DNA of 63,380 nucleotides, counting the filler, from Octopus bimaculoides (lineage: Eukaryota): assembly GCF_001194135.2 (NCBI RefSeq). It is 4 parts of 4 records of this genome, joined end to end, with 100 filler letters (N's around TTAATTAATTAA, not from the genome) between each part and the next. Parts side by side here need not be neighbours in the genome. Positions count along the whole stretch, not along the records: positions 1 to 31,790 come from NC_068981.1; 3 more parts are not named here. One strand, written 5' to 3'. Below the pieces are notes generated by a model. It ran no database searches, was not told the DNA's origin, and saw only the letters and a program-made list of their open reading frames with translations. The first letter of the stretch is position 1; the number at the start of each line of letters is the position of its first letter. The position numbers and the translations under genes are program-made. This document shows positions 1 through 12,850 of the stretch, piece by piece.

Positions 1-31
<31 letters not shown>

Positions 32-545
32 TAGTTTTATTTTTATAACGTGCTTTCACTTCACTACCGAGCGCAGCTCTGTGCGCCTTGGGTATGTGCT
101 GTGGTTTGCTGTGGTGCTCTTATGTTTACTGTATTGAAAGTGTTTTGCGTAGAATGTGTGCAGTACCCAGTAGTGCAATTTTCTGTATGTTATATATATT
201 TGTAAGTCCTGCTATTTTTGTTATGTATTTGTCTGAATATTTTTTTATTATACCTAAGGCACCTACTATGATAGGAATTGTTTCTGTTTTTAGATTCCAC
301 ATTCGAGTTATCTCTATTTCCAGGTCTTTGTATTTTGAAAGTTTTTCCATTTCTTTTAGAGAAACGTTGTCATCTGCTGGTATTGATACATCAATTAGAA
401 AGCATTTTTTTTCTTCATGATCTTTGACAACTATATCTGGTCTATTTGCCTTAATTTCTCTATCTGTGTGTATTGGCATATCCCAGAGTATGGTTGCTTT
501 CTCGTTTTCTGTGACCTTTTCTGGCGTGTGTTTATACCATCTTTT
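1..545 (-). mobile_element. 3' end of an R4/Dong-type (restriction-like endonuclease) non-LTR retrotransposon with (TAA)n tail
   Basis: Frame 126-545 reads WYKHTPEKVTENEKATILWDMPIHTDREIKANRPDIVV...LIDVSIP...KEMEKLSKYKDL...IPIIVGALG...IALLGTAHILRK, the PD-(D/E)xK endonuclease tail of R2/R4-like elements. A short 3' UTR and a TAA tail at 1-26 follow. Confidence 0.9.
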
Positions 546-553
546 TTTTTTTA

Positions 554-585
<32 letters not shown>

Positions 586-627
586 TTTTTTTTTTTAATT
601 ATTAATATTATCATCATCATCATCATT

Positions 628-795
628 AGGGCGGTGAACTGGCAGAATCGTTAGCATGCCAGGTAAAATGCTTAGCAGCAGTTCGTTCGTCTTTACGTTC
701 TGAGTTCAAATTTCACCGAGGTCGACTATGCCTTTTATCCTTTCGGGGTCGATAAATTAAGAACCACTTGAACACTGGGATCGATGTAATCGATG
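628..795 (+). mobile_element. tRNA-derived SINE, family A (MetaSINE-like core)
   Basis: Head AGGGCGGTGAACTGGCAGAATCGTTAGCA; core CGAGGTCGACT..GCCTTT.ATCCTTTCGGGGTCGATAAATTAAG shared with at least 8 other copies in the window. Confidence 0.85.
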
Positions 796-835
796 TTGTG
801 TACCAAAATAATTAGTAATATATTTTATGCTCTTA

Positions 836-1040
836 AAGGCAGCGAGCTGGCAGAATTGTTAGCACACCGGGCAAAATGGTTTGCGGTATTTCGTCCGTCT
901 TTACGTTTCTGAGTTCTGGTTCCGTCAAGGTCGACTTTCCTTTCAGGGTCGATAAAATAAGTACCATTCGAGCTCTGGGATCGATGTAATCGACTTCCTT
1001 CCTTGGTATCGCTGTCCTTGTGCCAAAGTTTGAAGCCAAT
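836..1040 (+). mobile_element. SINE family A
   Basis: Same head and core as 628-795. Confidence 0.85.
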
Positions 1041-1100
1041 ATATTTTGTCCTTTTTACGGTTTTTTTTTTTCATACTCAAGTATAACGTCCACCAATTTG

Positions 1101-1190
1101 GACAAACCCAGTACTTGACTGGTACTGTACTTCATTGATCTCGGTGGGACGAAAGGCAAAGTTGACATCGACGCGATTTGAACTCAAACA
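1101..1190 (-). mobile_element. SINE family A core fragment
   Basis: Reverse complement matches the GAGTTCAAAT...GTCAACTTTGCCTTTCGTCC...AGTACCAG core. Confidence 0.6.
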
Positions 1191-1469
1191 AATACCACAC
1201 AAATCCTCGGCAAGTAATTAAAAACGGAAATATATAGAACGTTAATATATCCTACTTGAAGACTTACGGTGATCTGCACGATTTCTCCAACTTCTCCACA
1301 GACATCTCAAAAGTAAATAGACGCAGTCATGTTTGAAAGATTTATTTTTAGAAACAACATAAGGTCATTTGATGCATCTAAATACTTATTTTCTTTCTTG
1401 AAATAAATCTTTCAAACATGACGGCGTCATTTGATTAAATACTTAATCTTTCATTTAGTTGACATGCCT

Positions 1470-1790
1470 AGTGCACAATACGTTTACAATTTGATTCACT
1501 AGGTAGTGCCCACACAGATAAAATGGTACAGTGAGGTGTGCTATTTACTTTTGTGATGTCTATGCACATATCTGTTCTGCAGCTCTTTTTAAAGTCACAT
1601 CCTTGGTATTCTGCTGTATCCAGTGTGGGAGGGCTAAGAGGCTGTGATTGCCTATTTGTAACTACACAGGCACTTAAGGCGCTTGCGAACGTATGGTACA
1701 TGGTAGTATGCTCTGAGAGCATGCACTATGTCTGTATGGCCTCGCATTTTCATTCGGCGATGCTATTTACTTGTTCAACCAGAGGCGGCT
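1470..1790 (-). mobile_element. Decayed LINE (RTE-like) fragment from the N-terminal RT region
   Basis: SPPTLDTAEYQGCDFKKSCRTD...LSVW loosely resembles the PPTLxE..LK..K..GxD..IW motif. Confidence 0.4.
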
Positions 1791-2433
1791 CGTAGATAAA
1801 ATTAGTAGAGATGCTGTTTCAGAAAATTTGTTTTAATTGTGTAAAAGGAAACAAACATTTAAAAAAGAAAATTTATACAAAAGCTTAATCGGTTCGCCTT
1901 TTAGCCACTGCCGGGTAGTGTGTTTAATTTATTCACTGAACACCGCCGCGTATTCCCCCTTGTTTTTCAAAAATCTCCCTTAAATCACAAAATAAGTGGG
2001 GGAAATGTGTCCTATTTTTCAAATCCTGGCAGCAACACTGAAGCTGGAAGTAGAGTAATAATCTAATTCTCCGCTTTATCGCATTCAAGAATTTAAACAC
2101 GTTTTTAAGCGCAACACGGGCGGAGTCAAAAAGAAACATTACCTTCCATCAGCACACCGGGGTCGGCACTGCATGAACGAAGGTGCTGTCTCTCCCTAGC
2201 GTGAAGCTTTCTCTCTCGGACTTTTGTATTTTTTTCATAAACTAAGGGATGACTACTGACATTAAGCTTAAGGATTATATAATGTACAATTATAAAGAAA
2301 GAATTAAAGAAAAAATGACTCATTATATTGAATGTTATCGATAATATCGAGTGGAAATAGGGGGTGCTGCAGTTCCACTCTGCCTATACACGAGCCACCA
2401 CTGTGTTCAACAGAACGATTTATGAAAAGTTAA

Positions 2434-2623
2434 AGGCGGCGAGCTAGACGAAATGTTTAGCACAGTTCCGCTGTCGCTATGTTCCGAGTTCAAATTCCGC
2501 CGAGGTCTACTTTGCTTTCATCCTTTCGGTGTCGATAAATTAAGCACCAGTGAAACACTGGGGTCGATGTAATCGAGTAGTCCCCTCCCCACAAATTTCA
2601 GGCCTTATGCCTATTCTAGAAAG
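2434..2623 (+). mobile_element. SINE family A, full length with TSD
   Basis: 17-bp direct repeat GATTTATGAAAAGTTAA at 2417-2433 and 2624-2640. Confidence 0.92.
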
Positions 2624-2706
2624 GATTTATGAAAAGTTAATTATCGTGTAGTTATCTTGTAGCTGCTCACATTACATAACAAAATGTGTATTCTTCTTGT
2701 TTTCAG

Positions 2707-2764
2707 GAATATTTACAGTTGTCGGTCCACTTTTTGGCCACGGACATGCAGACTATACTCCAAG
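2707..2764 (+). CDS. Candidate 58-nt internal exon of an unidentified gene
   Basis: Acceptor TTCTTCTTGTTTTCAG and donor AG|GTATAC. All three frames are open; one reads GIFTVVGPLFGHGHADYTP (membrane-protein-like). No homology established. Confidence 0.35.
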
Positions 2765-3111
2765 GTATACGTTATTCATAACTTTATTGGCTGGACTCCT
2801 GTCTATAGTTGCTGGTAGTATGCACATAGTTGTGGTTAAAAGAACAGTCTCCGAATGAGGAAATTTCCGTTACCAAGGTGCAAAATCATTTACCTTTTGT
2901 CCCTTTAATTTACACAAAACAAAAATTGTAAAGAAAATTAATTTTTCAAATTTTATTTTGTATTTGAAAATAAACGATTTCATTACTATTTCTTTCTTTA
3001 TTCAATTAAGCAGTCAGATGATTATCGTACAAAACCAATGGCTTAGACAATGCGGCACCTATCATCAGTTTCATCGTCGTCGTCGTCATCAACGTCATAT
3101 TCATCATCAAC

Positions 3112-3397
3112 AAGGCGGAGAGCTGGTAGAATCGTTAGCAAGCGGGGCAAAATGCTCAGTGGCGTTTCATCTGTCCTCAGGTTCTAAATTCATCTTCTGC
3201 CGAGGTCGACTTCACTTTTCATCCTTTCTCAGTCGGGAAAATAAGTTGAGCTCTTTACGTTCCAATTATGCCACTTTCGACTTTGCCGCTCATCCTTTTG
3301 GGGTTGATTAATTAAATACTAGTTGAGAACTGGGGCTATTGTAATTTACTGTTTCCCCTGCCACCAAATTTGAGGCCTTTTTCCTATAGTAGAAAGG

Positions 3398-3398
<1 letters not shown>
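3112..3398 (+). mobile_element. SINE family A with duplicated core, followed by (TAA)n
   Basis: The GTCGACTT...CATCCTTT core occurs twice (about 3205 and 3277). Confidence 0.8.
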
Positions 3399-3447
<49 letters not shown>

Positions 3448-3469
3448 TGTTGTTGTTGTTGTTCTTCTT

Positions 3470-4655
3470 CTTCTTGTTATTTTATTGTCATTGCACAGCT
3501 TCTAATACTGCAGATGTATTACGGTGTCAGCGGTTCACTACCAATGAACTAAGGTAACACACCTTATTTTTTCGAGCACCATGCGGAGTATTCGGAGTAC
3601 TGTTTTCTGCAAGTGCTCCACCCTTACTGCAGACCCTATTTGTTCCATGTACTTCTCAAGATTTTTATTACCACCTTTTTCAGCGAACACAACTGCTTAA
3701 CCTCCCAAGCTAACCTGTTATATCTATTGACTTTTCTTTCTTTTTTATCGCATACCTTGTTGTCAGCTGGGTATACTATATCTATGATCCAGCATCGCAG
3801 GGTCGCACTGAATCATAAAATCCCATAGGATTTTTGCATTATCATTTTCAATGATGCCTTCGGGTTTATGTTCGTACCACTTTTTTGCTCTGTCATGTCC
3901 ATACTTATTGCAAAGTGTCCCATGGGCAATCCTTGCTATATTGTCATGACGTCTCTTATATTCTTTCTGGTCTAGTTTCATACAGTGACTGGTAATATGC
4001 CATACGGCTTCACCATATTGTCCACAAATTCTGCTCTGATAACTTTCTGATGTTTTGTCTATTCTGTATTTGATGGAATTCGTTCTTAATGTTTGCTTTG
4101 TTTCCGGTTTCAAATCACTTTTAGTCATCCATGATCATCTTTTTTCTCTGTCTGTCTTATCTTCAACATCCCTGTGAAATTCTCCATGTATTCTCTTCTT
4201 TATCCATCTATTTACAGTTTCATTCATTCTCAAGTCATTGTACAGTGCTTTATCTTTGCAATCTTCAAACCTACACAAGCTTGACCTTCTTACTTCCAAT
4301 AACAGCGGTTCTGTAGCATTTTTTACATACGGTGCTATGTTGTTTTCTTCTGCTCTAATACTATGTTTGCATCCAATCAGTCCTCTTCCTCCTCTTTTTC
4401 TTGGTACATACAGTCTGTCTGTGTGTCACTTTTTGGGTGGAGTATCCCATATCTAGTCAGCAACTTCCTTGTCTTTCTGTCCAAGCTGTTTAATTCGTCT
4501 GCTGTCCATGCGGTTACCCCTGCTCCATATCTAAGTAGCCGAGGTGTTGGTAGCTTAAATCTTATTCCGTCCGTTTAATTTCAACTTAAGTGTCAGTCTC
4601 AGTCTGCTGAAGTATCCACCTTAAATTTTCCTGTCATTTCTTTCTCCAAAGGTAG
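3470..4655 (-). mobile_element. R4/Dong-type LINE remnant (RT C-terminus, CCHC knuckle, endonuclease)
   Basis: LKPET..LRTNSIKYRID...RICGQYGEAVWHITSHC..LDQKEYKRRHDNIAR...WYEHKPEGIIENDNAKILWDFMIQCD; frameshifted. Confidence 0.88.
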
Positions 4656-5085
4656 GATTATAAATAGATTTTTCAAAGAGACTTCCCAGATCCATGAATA
4701 CAATTAAGCACACCTTCACACAATATGATAGAAACCATATCTAAATAATATAAACTAAACACAAAAAACGTATAACCCTGACCATTTGAATTCATTACCT
4801 CAACCCTGAGTAATAACCTCATGAACAACGAACCTGGAACTAGCGACACTTCGTTATCGTGTGTTCTTGCTCCGCATATTCCATTCTGTTCTAAGATATG
4901 TACCTTTATGTGCGCATGCGTTTGTGTCCTTGTTTGTTTGTTTGTGTGTGCGTGGGGGGGGGTGTATACATACACACATACATACATACATGCATACATA
5001 CATACATGCATACATATACAAATTTGATTTGTATTTATATATATATATATATATATTCATGTTTACTATCTAGCTATCTATCAAT

Positions 5086-5121
<36 letters not shown>

Positions 5122-5574
5122 NNNNNNNNNNNNNNNNNNNNNNNNNNNNNNNNNNNNNNNNNNNNNNNNNNNNNNNNNNNNNNNNNNNNNNNNNNNNNNN
5201 NNNNNNNNNNNNNNNNNNNNNNNNNNNNNNNNNNNNNNNNNNNNNNNNNNNNNNNNNNNNNNNNNNNNNNNNNNNNNNNNNNNNNNNNNNNNNNNNNNNN
5301 NNNNNNNNNNNNNNNNNNNNNNNNNNNNNNNNNNNNNNNNNNNNNNNNNNNNNNNNNNNNNNNNNNNNNNNNNNNNNTGTGTGTGTGTGTGTGTTGCCGT
5401 GTGCATACTAATATTTGATTACACAGATAGACACACGGCCAAACAGACAGACGGACAGACATAGATACAAAAGGTAAAACGCTGAAACTAGTTAAAAACA
5501 GTATACCGATTAGGTACCTCTAAATTGCAATTCTATCCACCTTCCCTCTGTGTCCAACGCCCACAACAGCGTGT

Positions 5575-5628
<54 letters not shown>

Positions 5629-5815
5629 CTACACATAACATTTATATAAATATATATATTTATCTGCGTATACATATATGTAGACACACACAACATTTAT
5701 ATAAATAAATAAATATATTTGTCTGCATGAATATATGTATGTATATATATATGTATGTATGTACATGCATGAATGTGTGTATATGTGTCTCTCTAGGTGT
5801 GTGTGTGAATGTGTG

Positions 5816-5850
<35 letters not shown>

Positions 5851-6275
5851 TCATAAGCGCAAACAAATGAGCTTCCTGTCAAAACGACACGTAGGTTCGG
5901 TGTCTGATATTCCAGCATCAAAGGAACTAGCTATATTAGCGAGCAGGAGCACATCAAAGAGACTGCCTTAATAATTAACAGATCTGCAGCAGACATCAAC
6001 CACAAAGTCATGTTTATATAACATTAATACTTTTTGTAGCTACATATCTCTACTTTCTGACTCAGACAGCTAAACCTCTAGACTACCGAAGGACAGTCAT
6101 GGTCACATATCTAAGAATAGATGTATCTTGCACAAAGACATAAAGTTTGCTAAGTACTCGCATAAATAGCATATCGTTCAAATCATAGACACCCTTTCTT
6201 TTTGTTCTTTGTCTCTATCTCTCTCTCTCTTTCCCAGTCTCTCTTCTTTTCTCAGATTCGTTTTCTTTCTCTATT

Positions 6276-6348
<73 letters not shown>

Positions 6349-6571
6349 CTCCACTCAGTCACACAAACATGCATATACACACACATAAACTGAAACATAC
6401 ATACACCTTCACATTGACATTTGTACACACATTATTCATGTGTCTGTGTGTTTGTGTGTGTATGTGTGTGTGTGTGTGTGTGTGTGCGTATTCACACACA
6501 AATATACATAAATGTACACATACACACATATATAGCTATAGTGCCAGGAATATATACATACATTTTCTGAG

Positions 6572-6613
<42 letters not shown>

Positions 6614-6917
6614 GTATGTATTCATATATTTTAACACATACACACGCACCCGTATATGGATGTATATNNNNNNNNNNNNNNNNNNNNNNNNNNNNNNNNN
6701 NNNNNNNNNNNNNNNNNNNNNNNNNNNNNNNNNNNNNNNNNNNNNNNNNNNNNNNNNNNNNNNNNNNNNNNNNNNNNNNNNNNNNNNNNNNNNNNNNNNN
6801 NNNNNNNNNNNNNNNNNNNNNNNNNNNNNNNNNNNNNNNNNNNNNNNNNNNNNNNNNNNNNNNNNNNNNNNNNNNNNNNNNNNNNNNNNNNNNNNNNNNN
6901 NNNNNNNNNNNNNNNNN

Positions 6918-6960
<43 letters not shown>

Positions 6961-7680
6961 CACAGAGAGAAGAGAGAGAGAGATACACACTCACATGCAT
7001 ATGCATGCACACACATTCACACGTATACACACATGGGCTGGAGAATCGAACCGAAATTATTTATGCAATTTCATTACGCCTTGTCGCTGTTACGACCTCG
7101 CTTTTCTACTGATTATGAGCAAGTCTGATTACGAGCTAGATAGATAAAACTGCCTCCAGAATTAACTAAGATTATTCTTACTTATATTTTTTTTTGCGAA
7201 TCCGATGAAGAACATTTTCTTCGTCATTTGGTAGCCTTTGATGATTGTACATCCCAACGTTTGATGTTTAGCGGTTCATGTATAGGTGCACAGTACAAAT
7301 GTAACCCTACCTCAAAGCCTCTTTCCTCGCCTTTTCTAGTACACCTGACTGCGTTATATCCGTTCAATTCTTTTCGACGGTGTGAACGCCAAATCAAACG
7401 ACGTGCAGCGATTTCCCTCCACTTTTGGAAGAGCGGATGTTCCTCTCAAAAGTGGCTGTCTTCAGCTGGGAGTTGAATCGCTTCTTTTGTGCTCTAACCA
7501 GGAATTAACCATGGTAGCTGGTCATAGAGGAAACGTGATTCAAACCTATGACCTGAATGCTCGAGACCTCTCGCCATTGTTGCCTGTATGAGTGCGACTT
7601 TTCGTCTTTGCCATTTCTGAAGATATTCCAGCATTCGTCATATTTCTATCCGCTTTGAAAATGGCCAACAAATTTAGGTG

Positions 7681-7900
7681 GCCGGTAATAGTCACAGGTA
7701 AAAAGGTCACAGTAATAAAGTCACAATTTTGGCCAGGAAAAAAAGGTCACAATTTATAGTGGCTGGTAATAAAGTCACAGGTAAAAAAAGTCACAATTAA
7801 TTTATGGGATCCGGACAACCTCCCTCAGATATCCACACCCGGACAAAACCCTTGTGACTTTATTACCGTGACAGTTTTTCCTGTGACTTTTTTTTAATCT
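7681..7900. repeat. AAAGTCACA subterminal-type repeats in both orientations (DNA transposon end)
   Basis: About 6 copies of (A)AAGTCACA/GGTCACA at 7690-7796 and 3 inverted TGTGAC copies at 7852-7897. Confidence 0.7.
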
Positions 7901-9013
7901 GGATTCCAAATTTATTTTACACAGCAAACACAAAGTTCAAAGGAGTCAACTTTTATGATCCCTTTGCAAATGCATTCTTTTACCGACAAGTTCCGTCCTT
8001 CTATGGAACCACAAACAATGAAGACAAAGAAAAGTACCTCATTTGACGGTCAACCTGATTTAATTTTTGACAACGCCTTTGAGAGAATGTTTAACTTGCA
8101 TACCAGTTAGCATTGAATACATCTTTCTATCAATCTTACTCCATAGGATGCAAGGTTGAAGCTCATTTCATGTGCTTCGAATATAAATCATGTCTGCGCT
8201 ATCTACAGAAACTCAAGCTTTATAATAGAAAATTATGCCCTGAGGGATACAACATGGAAGCTTCTGTATTTTAAGGGTTCTGTTCACAATAGAGTTAAAA
8301 TGTTGTGGATCATCAAGTCTGCTTCAGCTCAGGCTCAGGCACTGCGAAAACCTTACCGAACATTTCAAGCACGAAGATCAGCATATATGTTACCACATGT
8401 AAATGGGGTACTCAAATGTAATCAACACTGCAATCCTCATCGACAAATTCAAGAATTTAAAAAGCACGGCTTCCGTCAATCTAGCAACACTGAAGTCAAT
8501 GATCCAACTACAAGAATTTTGAAAGAGGCATCACAATACGAGGAATGCAGAACAAAAGCCCCTGGGTCAAAAGCCTCATAGTTACCTAAACATGATTCTG
8601 GGGTTCAATGACTGAAACAATTAAAGAGATTTCAGAAAATAAAAGAAATTCGAAGAAGAACCAACAAATATAACCGAGGAAGTTATAAAACAATTTCAAG
8701 ACATTTGGCTGTTGTTTCTAGCATGTGGAGAGACATTTAGGCTTAACTTCATGCGCTGGTTCAAAATCCTTTAAAAAATTTCTGGGGTCGATACATTCGA
8801 CTAAAAATTCCTCAGGGTGGTGATCAGCATGACCACAGTCTAATGACTGCAACGAGTAAAAAGAAAAGAAAGCTAAAATATAACCGAAAAATATAACCGT
8901 GGGGCTTTTGTCCGAGGGGCTTTTGTCCACTTTCACACTTCAACTACGGGTCTTTTGTCCGAGAGGCTTTTGTTCGTAGGTCCTCTGTCCTAGGACGCTT
9001 TTGTCCGGAGCCC
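7806..9013. mobile_element. MULE-like DNA transposon remnant with GGACAAAAG subterminal repeats
   Basis: Ends GGGATCCGGACAA (7806) and TTGTCCGGAGCCC (9001-9013) are inverted, 12/13 match. Five CTTTTGTCC-type repeats at 8900-9010. No TSD found. Confidence 0.5.
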
Positions 9014-9053
9014 CAATACGAGACATCATATATTATTAACATAATAATAGCAT

Positions 9054-9440
9054 GTGGAAGCGCAATGGCCCAGTGGTTAGGGCAGCGGACTCGAGGTCAT
9101 AGGATCGCGGTTTCGATTCCCAGACCGGGCGTTGTGAGTGTTTATTGAGCGAAAACACCTAAAGCTCCATGAGGCTCCGGCAGGGGATGGTGGCGAACCC
9201 TGCTGTACTCTTTCACCACAACTTTCTCTCACTCTTACTTCCTGTTTCTGTTGTGCTTGTAATTCAAAGGGTCAGCCTTGTCACACTGTGTCATGCTGAA
9301 TATCCCCGAGAACTACGTTAAGGGCACATGTGTCTGTTGAGTGCTCAGCCACTTGCACGTTAATTTCACGAGCAGGCTGTTCCGTTGATCGGATCAATTG
9401 GAACCCTCAACGTCGTAAGCGACGGAGTGCCAACAACAAC
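9054..9440 (+). mobile_element. tRNA-derived SINE family C (head H1 + tail T1)
   Basis: A/B boxes TGGCCCAGTGG and GTTTCGATTCC, (CAA)n tail, 11-bp TSD AATAATAGCAT (9043-9053 / 9441-9451). Confidence 0.92.
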
Positions 9441-9519
9441 AATAATAGCATATTGGACAGAGGGAAGACTATTCAGCTATTTTTGACAGGTTCGATTAGA
9501 ATAAACTGGAATCTGCTTC

Positions 9520-10780
9520 CTTGTTGTTCATGATGGAAGTGGAAACAATTTTGAAATCAGTCAATTATTTACCAAAGCCCATCAACACAACACCATAGTT
9601 ATTGCAGCTATTTCTTCAGGTATCGCAGCCATGCTTCTTCCTGTGGACCACATGATATAGTTTGTTTTCAAGATGTTTTTTTTGGTCTTTTTTAGATTAG
9701 GCACGAATGACACACCTGTTTGCAACATCACTCAGATTTTTGGAAACGCATGAGTTCATATCATAAGATATGATAAATGATTGATTGGGATTAATTCACA
9801 ATGATACATCTGAGAATTCTGTTAAGTCCTTGTCAGTATATTACAGAGTTTGCATCACGATATATGTCAAATAGAAGGATTACTAGTGGTGATCACAGGT
9901 GATTTTTGTCAGATCCTTCTACTGGTCTCAGTTGGAAGAAAAGCGAATGAAGTGTGTGCTTGCTTTAAACCGAAGTCGCTTTAGAACAACGTCACTAGCG
10001 TAGCTGGTCGGAGCGGTAGGGGCGGCCTGCCCGGGGCGGCACTTTTAAAGGGGCACCACTTTTGGGTCTGCTGCAAGCAGTATGCATTGGGGGGTGGCAG
10101 AAAACCGAAGGGCTGCCCCAGGAGGCACACACTCTAGCTACGCTAGTGATCAAAGTTATCTTCTCACTGTCTATAAACTTAAATGGTCGAGATAAGTTGT
10201 CCAGTCATTGGCTAAATTGTTATAAGCTGGAAAGAGAATGTCTTCCGATAGTAATGGCATCATAGATATAGCCCTTATGAATACATTGATGAAAACAACA
10301 GACGAATTGATGTTGAAAATGTTCCCCAGATTGCAACATCTTTAACAAACACACAAATGGCCGTACGAAGAAATGCTTAGAAGAACAGCCTTAACTGGTA
10401 GGTGTTAGAGCCACTTCCGTGAAATAGTCATAGTTACAAATCAATAAGCTTTATTTCAGATCAGGAAGAAATCATTCATTATTCTGCAGGATTTTAAAAT
10501 ACATTGTAACCTTGAGGTTAAATTTTGAAATTTATTGTAACCTTGAAGTTAAAATTCATTGTAACTTTGAGGTTGAAATTGTATTTATGAAAGCTCCTCT
10601 GATAATGCTGCTGTAGTTATGCAATGGCACAAGACTGATGGTTAAGAAGCTTGTGCCACACGTCATCGAGATTCTTATTGGGTACACAAAAAATTGATAA
10701 TGTAATTACATTCAGAATTCCACTCATGCCAATACATGAATCTTTCCGATTTAAAAGACCTCAGTTTCTAGAACATCTCA
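9520..10780 (+). pseudogene. Helitron PIF1-type helicase remnant
   Basis: Motifs in the expected order, with stops and frameshifts: GSG-K-like Walker A remnant, IVIAAISSGIAAMLLP, VVITGDFCQIL, ANEVCACFK, LCNGTRLMVKKL..HVIE, RIPLMP...FRFKRPQF. Confidence 0.85.
9993..10148. mobile_element. 156-bp MITE (hAT-like) inserted in the Helitron helicase
   Basis: TIR CACTAGCGTAGCT / AGCTACGCTAGTG; flanks AACAACGT and ATCAAAGT form a 6/8 degenerate TSD. The helicase alignment resumes after it. Confidence 0.75.
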
Positions 10781-10949
10781 TTTTTACCATGTCAATCAAC
10801 AGATTGGAAGGATAAACATTGACAGTTTCTAAAATACACCTTGAAGAATAAATATGAGAATAAATATGCTAACGGCCAATTTAATATTGGATGCTCAAGA
10901 GTTGCAAGCCTTCATTAACTCTGTTTTTGTAACTTTTAGCATAAACCAT

Positions 10950-11330
10950 TAACATTGTATATTCTGATATGCTCACATAGCAATATCCAGAGTTGCCAAG
11001 AGTCTGGTGGGTACGGAATCATCATAAATCTTAATTATTTTTATACCTCTGCATATATTGCAGTTCCGGTCTTTTGGATATGTGGGTTTTCTGTGGACAT
11101 ACCGGTTTCTTTCTATACGCTATGGAAATGCTCTTCTTTCCATGGGTCATTTACTTTCCGACATTATGACTTCAGCTCATTTGTCTGCATTAAAGATTCC
11201 AAGTATAAAAGATAATATATTATGCTCAATAATAGCTTCAAATGAAACACAAATCTCTTCGTATTTACTTAATTCTGTGTTCTTATTTAATCAACTTGAA
11301 TTAAACATATGTCATTGATATAATTAAATT
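10950..11330 (-). mobile_element. Decayed LINE apurinic endonuclease fragment
   Basis: FILGIFNA (similar to ILGDFNA) and PTRLLATLDIAM (similar to PTR..TLDL). Confidence 0.5.
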
Positions 11331-11879
11331 ACGAAATTTACTAATTAGTGCGTGTCTGTTGAACAGTGACCAAACAACAGACTGCTATAAACGTATTGGA
11401 AAACAGCTTCATTTCTTACATGAAAGAATTTCTCAAGAGAAATCCAATAGTGTACCATTAAACAAGAATATCCCTTCATTAATAACAAAACTGGGCCATT
11501 TATAGCTAATTTTCTGCTTAATCAATGATGCGTATTCTTCTAGCTTATTTATAAATGTTAAATAATGCTCACTTGTTGCTCCTAGTAAATAGAATGCAAT
11601 AATTTTCTTGCATTATATTTACCCAGGTAAGACCTTTAACTACATCCAGTTGGGGGTCCTTGGTAGGGGAGTTCCAGAGTTTTGAGGAACCAACACTTAG
11701 CCACTACTGGTCCCTGGTCAACTCTTGCCCGGAGTTAGGATCTCAGCTATGGGTTAACTACCATGCGAATCACGCTTCAAACCCAGGATACCTCTGCTCC
11801 AATAATTGGCGGTGAGTTGGTCAGCGAATCCTCTGTGACGGTCGACAATCGACGGCAAAATGATCCTCTACGGATCATA

Positions 11880-12850
11880 CTGACCCGAAGTATGTATGCA
11901 AGGGACCGATGATCACATGTGAACTTGTATCCTCACTGAAACTCAGAACAACGAATAGTAACAATGGCAGCGCCGTCCACGCTATCCGACACTTAAACGA
12001 GGGAAAATTTGAGCTGGTGCGTTTTGGAAAAATGACTATGCTAAAACAGCCATACTCTCTTCCTTTAGGGGAACCTCTCACAGCATCTAATAATATCAGA
12101 GACCTAGGAGTAATGTTTTATAACAATCTCAATTGGAGTGCCCTGCATCAACAATAAGATCGATGTAGCTCGTAGGATGAGCTCCTGGATCCTAACAACC
12201 TTCCGGTCCAGAGAACAAGGTGTCATCATTCCACTTTTCTCTTCCTTTGTACAGCCACACCTCGAACACTGTTGCCCCCTGTAGTCTCTCCATACAAAAC
12301 AGAACATCTCGAAAATTGAATCACTGCAAAGGTCATTCACTAAAAGAATTAAGGGCGTGACTGATCTCGATTAATGGGACCGCCTTAAAGCATTAAAACT
12401 CTATTCTCTCCAGCGCCTTCGTGAGCGATACATCATTTGCACGATGTGGAAAATATACCACCAGCATTGCCAAACGACCTCAACATTAGCTACAAAATTC
12501 ATCCAAGGCTAGGACCACGGGTCATACGTCCCTTACCCAATCCAGGATCACAACGTATAGATACACTGCAACACAATTTCTTTTCTTCGACAGGCTATGC
12601 CCTATTTAACGTTGTCCCGACACAGACCAAAGAGGGAAAGGATCCCATCATCTTTAAACGGAATCTGGACAAATAATACCAGATAAACCACCTATACATG
12701 GATACAACTCACTCAACAAGAAATCCCTACTTGAATGGACTATGATACCACAAAATTTGAATTTAAAAGGATTTAGATATTCCTATCAGGTGGTGCTATT
12801 AAGTTAGACATGGCCTGGACCAATCTTTGGTCGAAACATATCTAAGTTTA
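11880..12850 (+). mobile_element. CR1/L2-like LINE 3' portion, copy 1
   Basis: LNEGKFELVRFG, IRDLGV, PHLEHCCPL, IESLQRSFTKRI, LYSLQR.RERYII, FKRNLDK; ends in a conserved 3' stem-loop. Confidence 0.88.

Noticed and set aside
4673-7147. Long ORFs in the supplied track (also 12827, 22509, 42513, 44539, 52177, 57148 and others)
   Set aside because: They consist of microsatellite translations and N runs, often with non-ATG starts.
8156-8581. 141-aa ORF as a host gene
   Set aside because: It lies between transposon-type termini and has no recognisable domain; most likely TE interior.
9054-9135. tRNA gene
   Set aside because: A and B boxes belong to a SINE head that continues into core and tail with a TSD. 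The same applies at 14936, 26898 and 33881.
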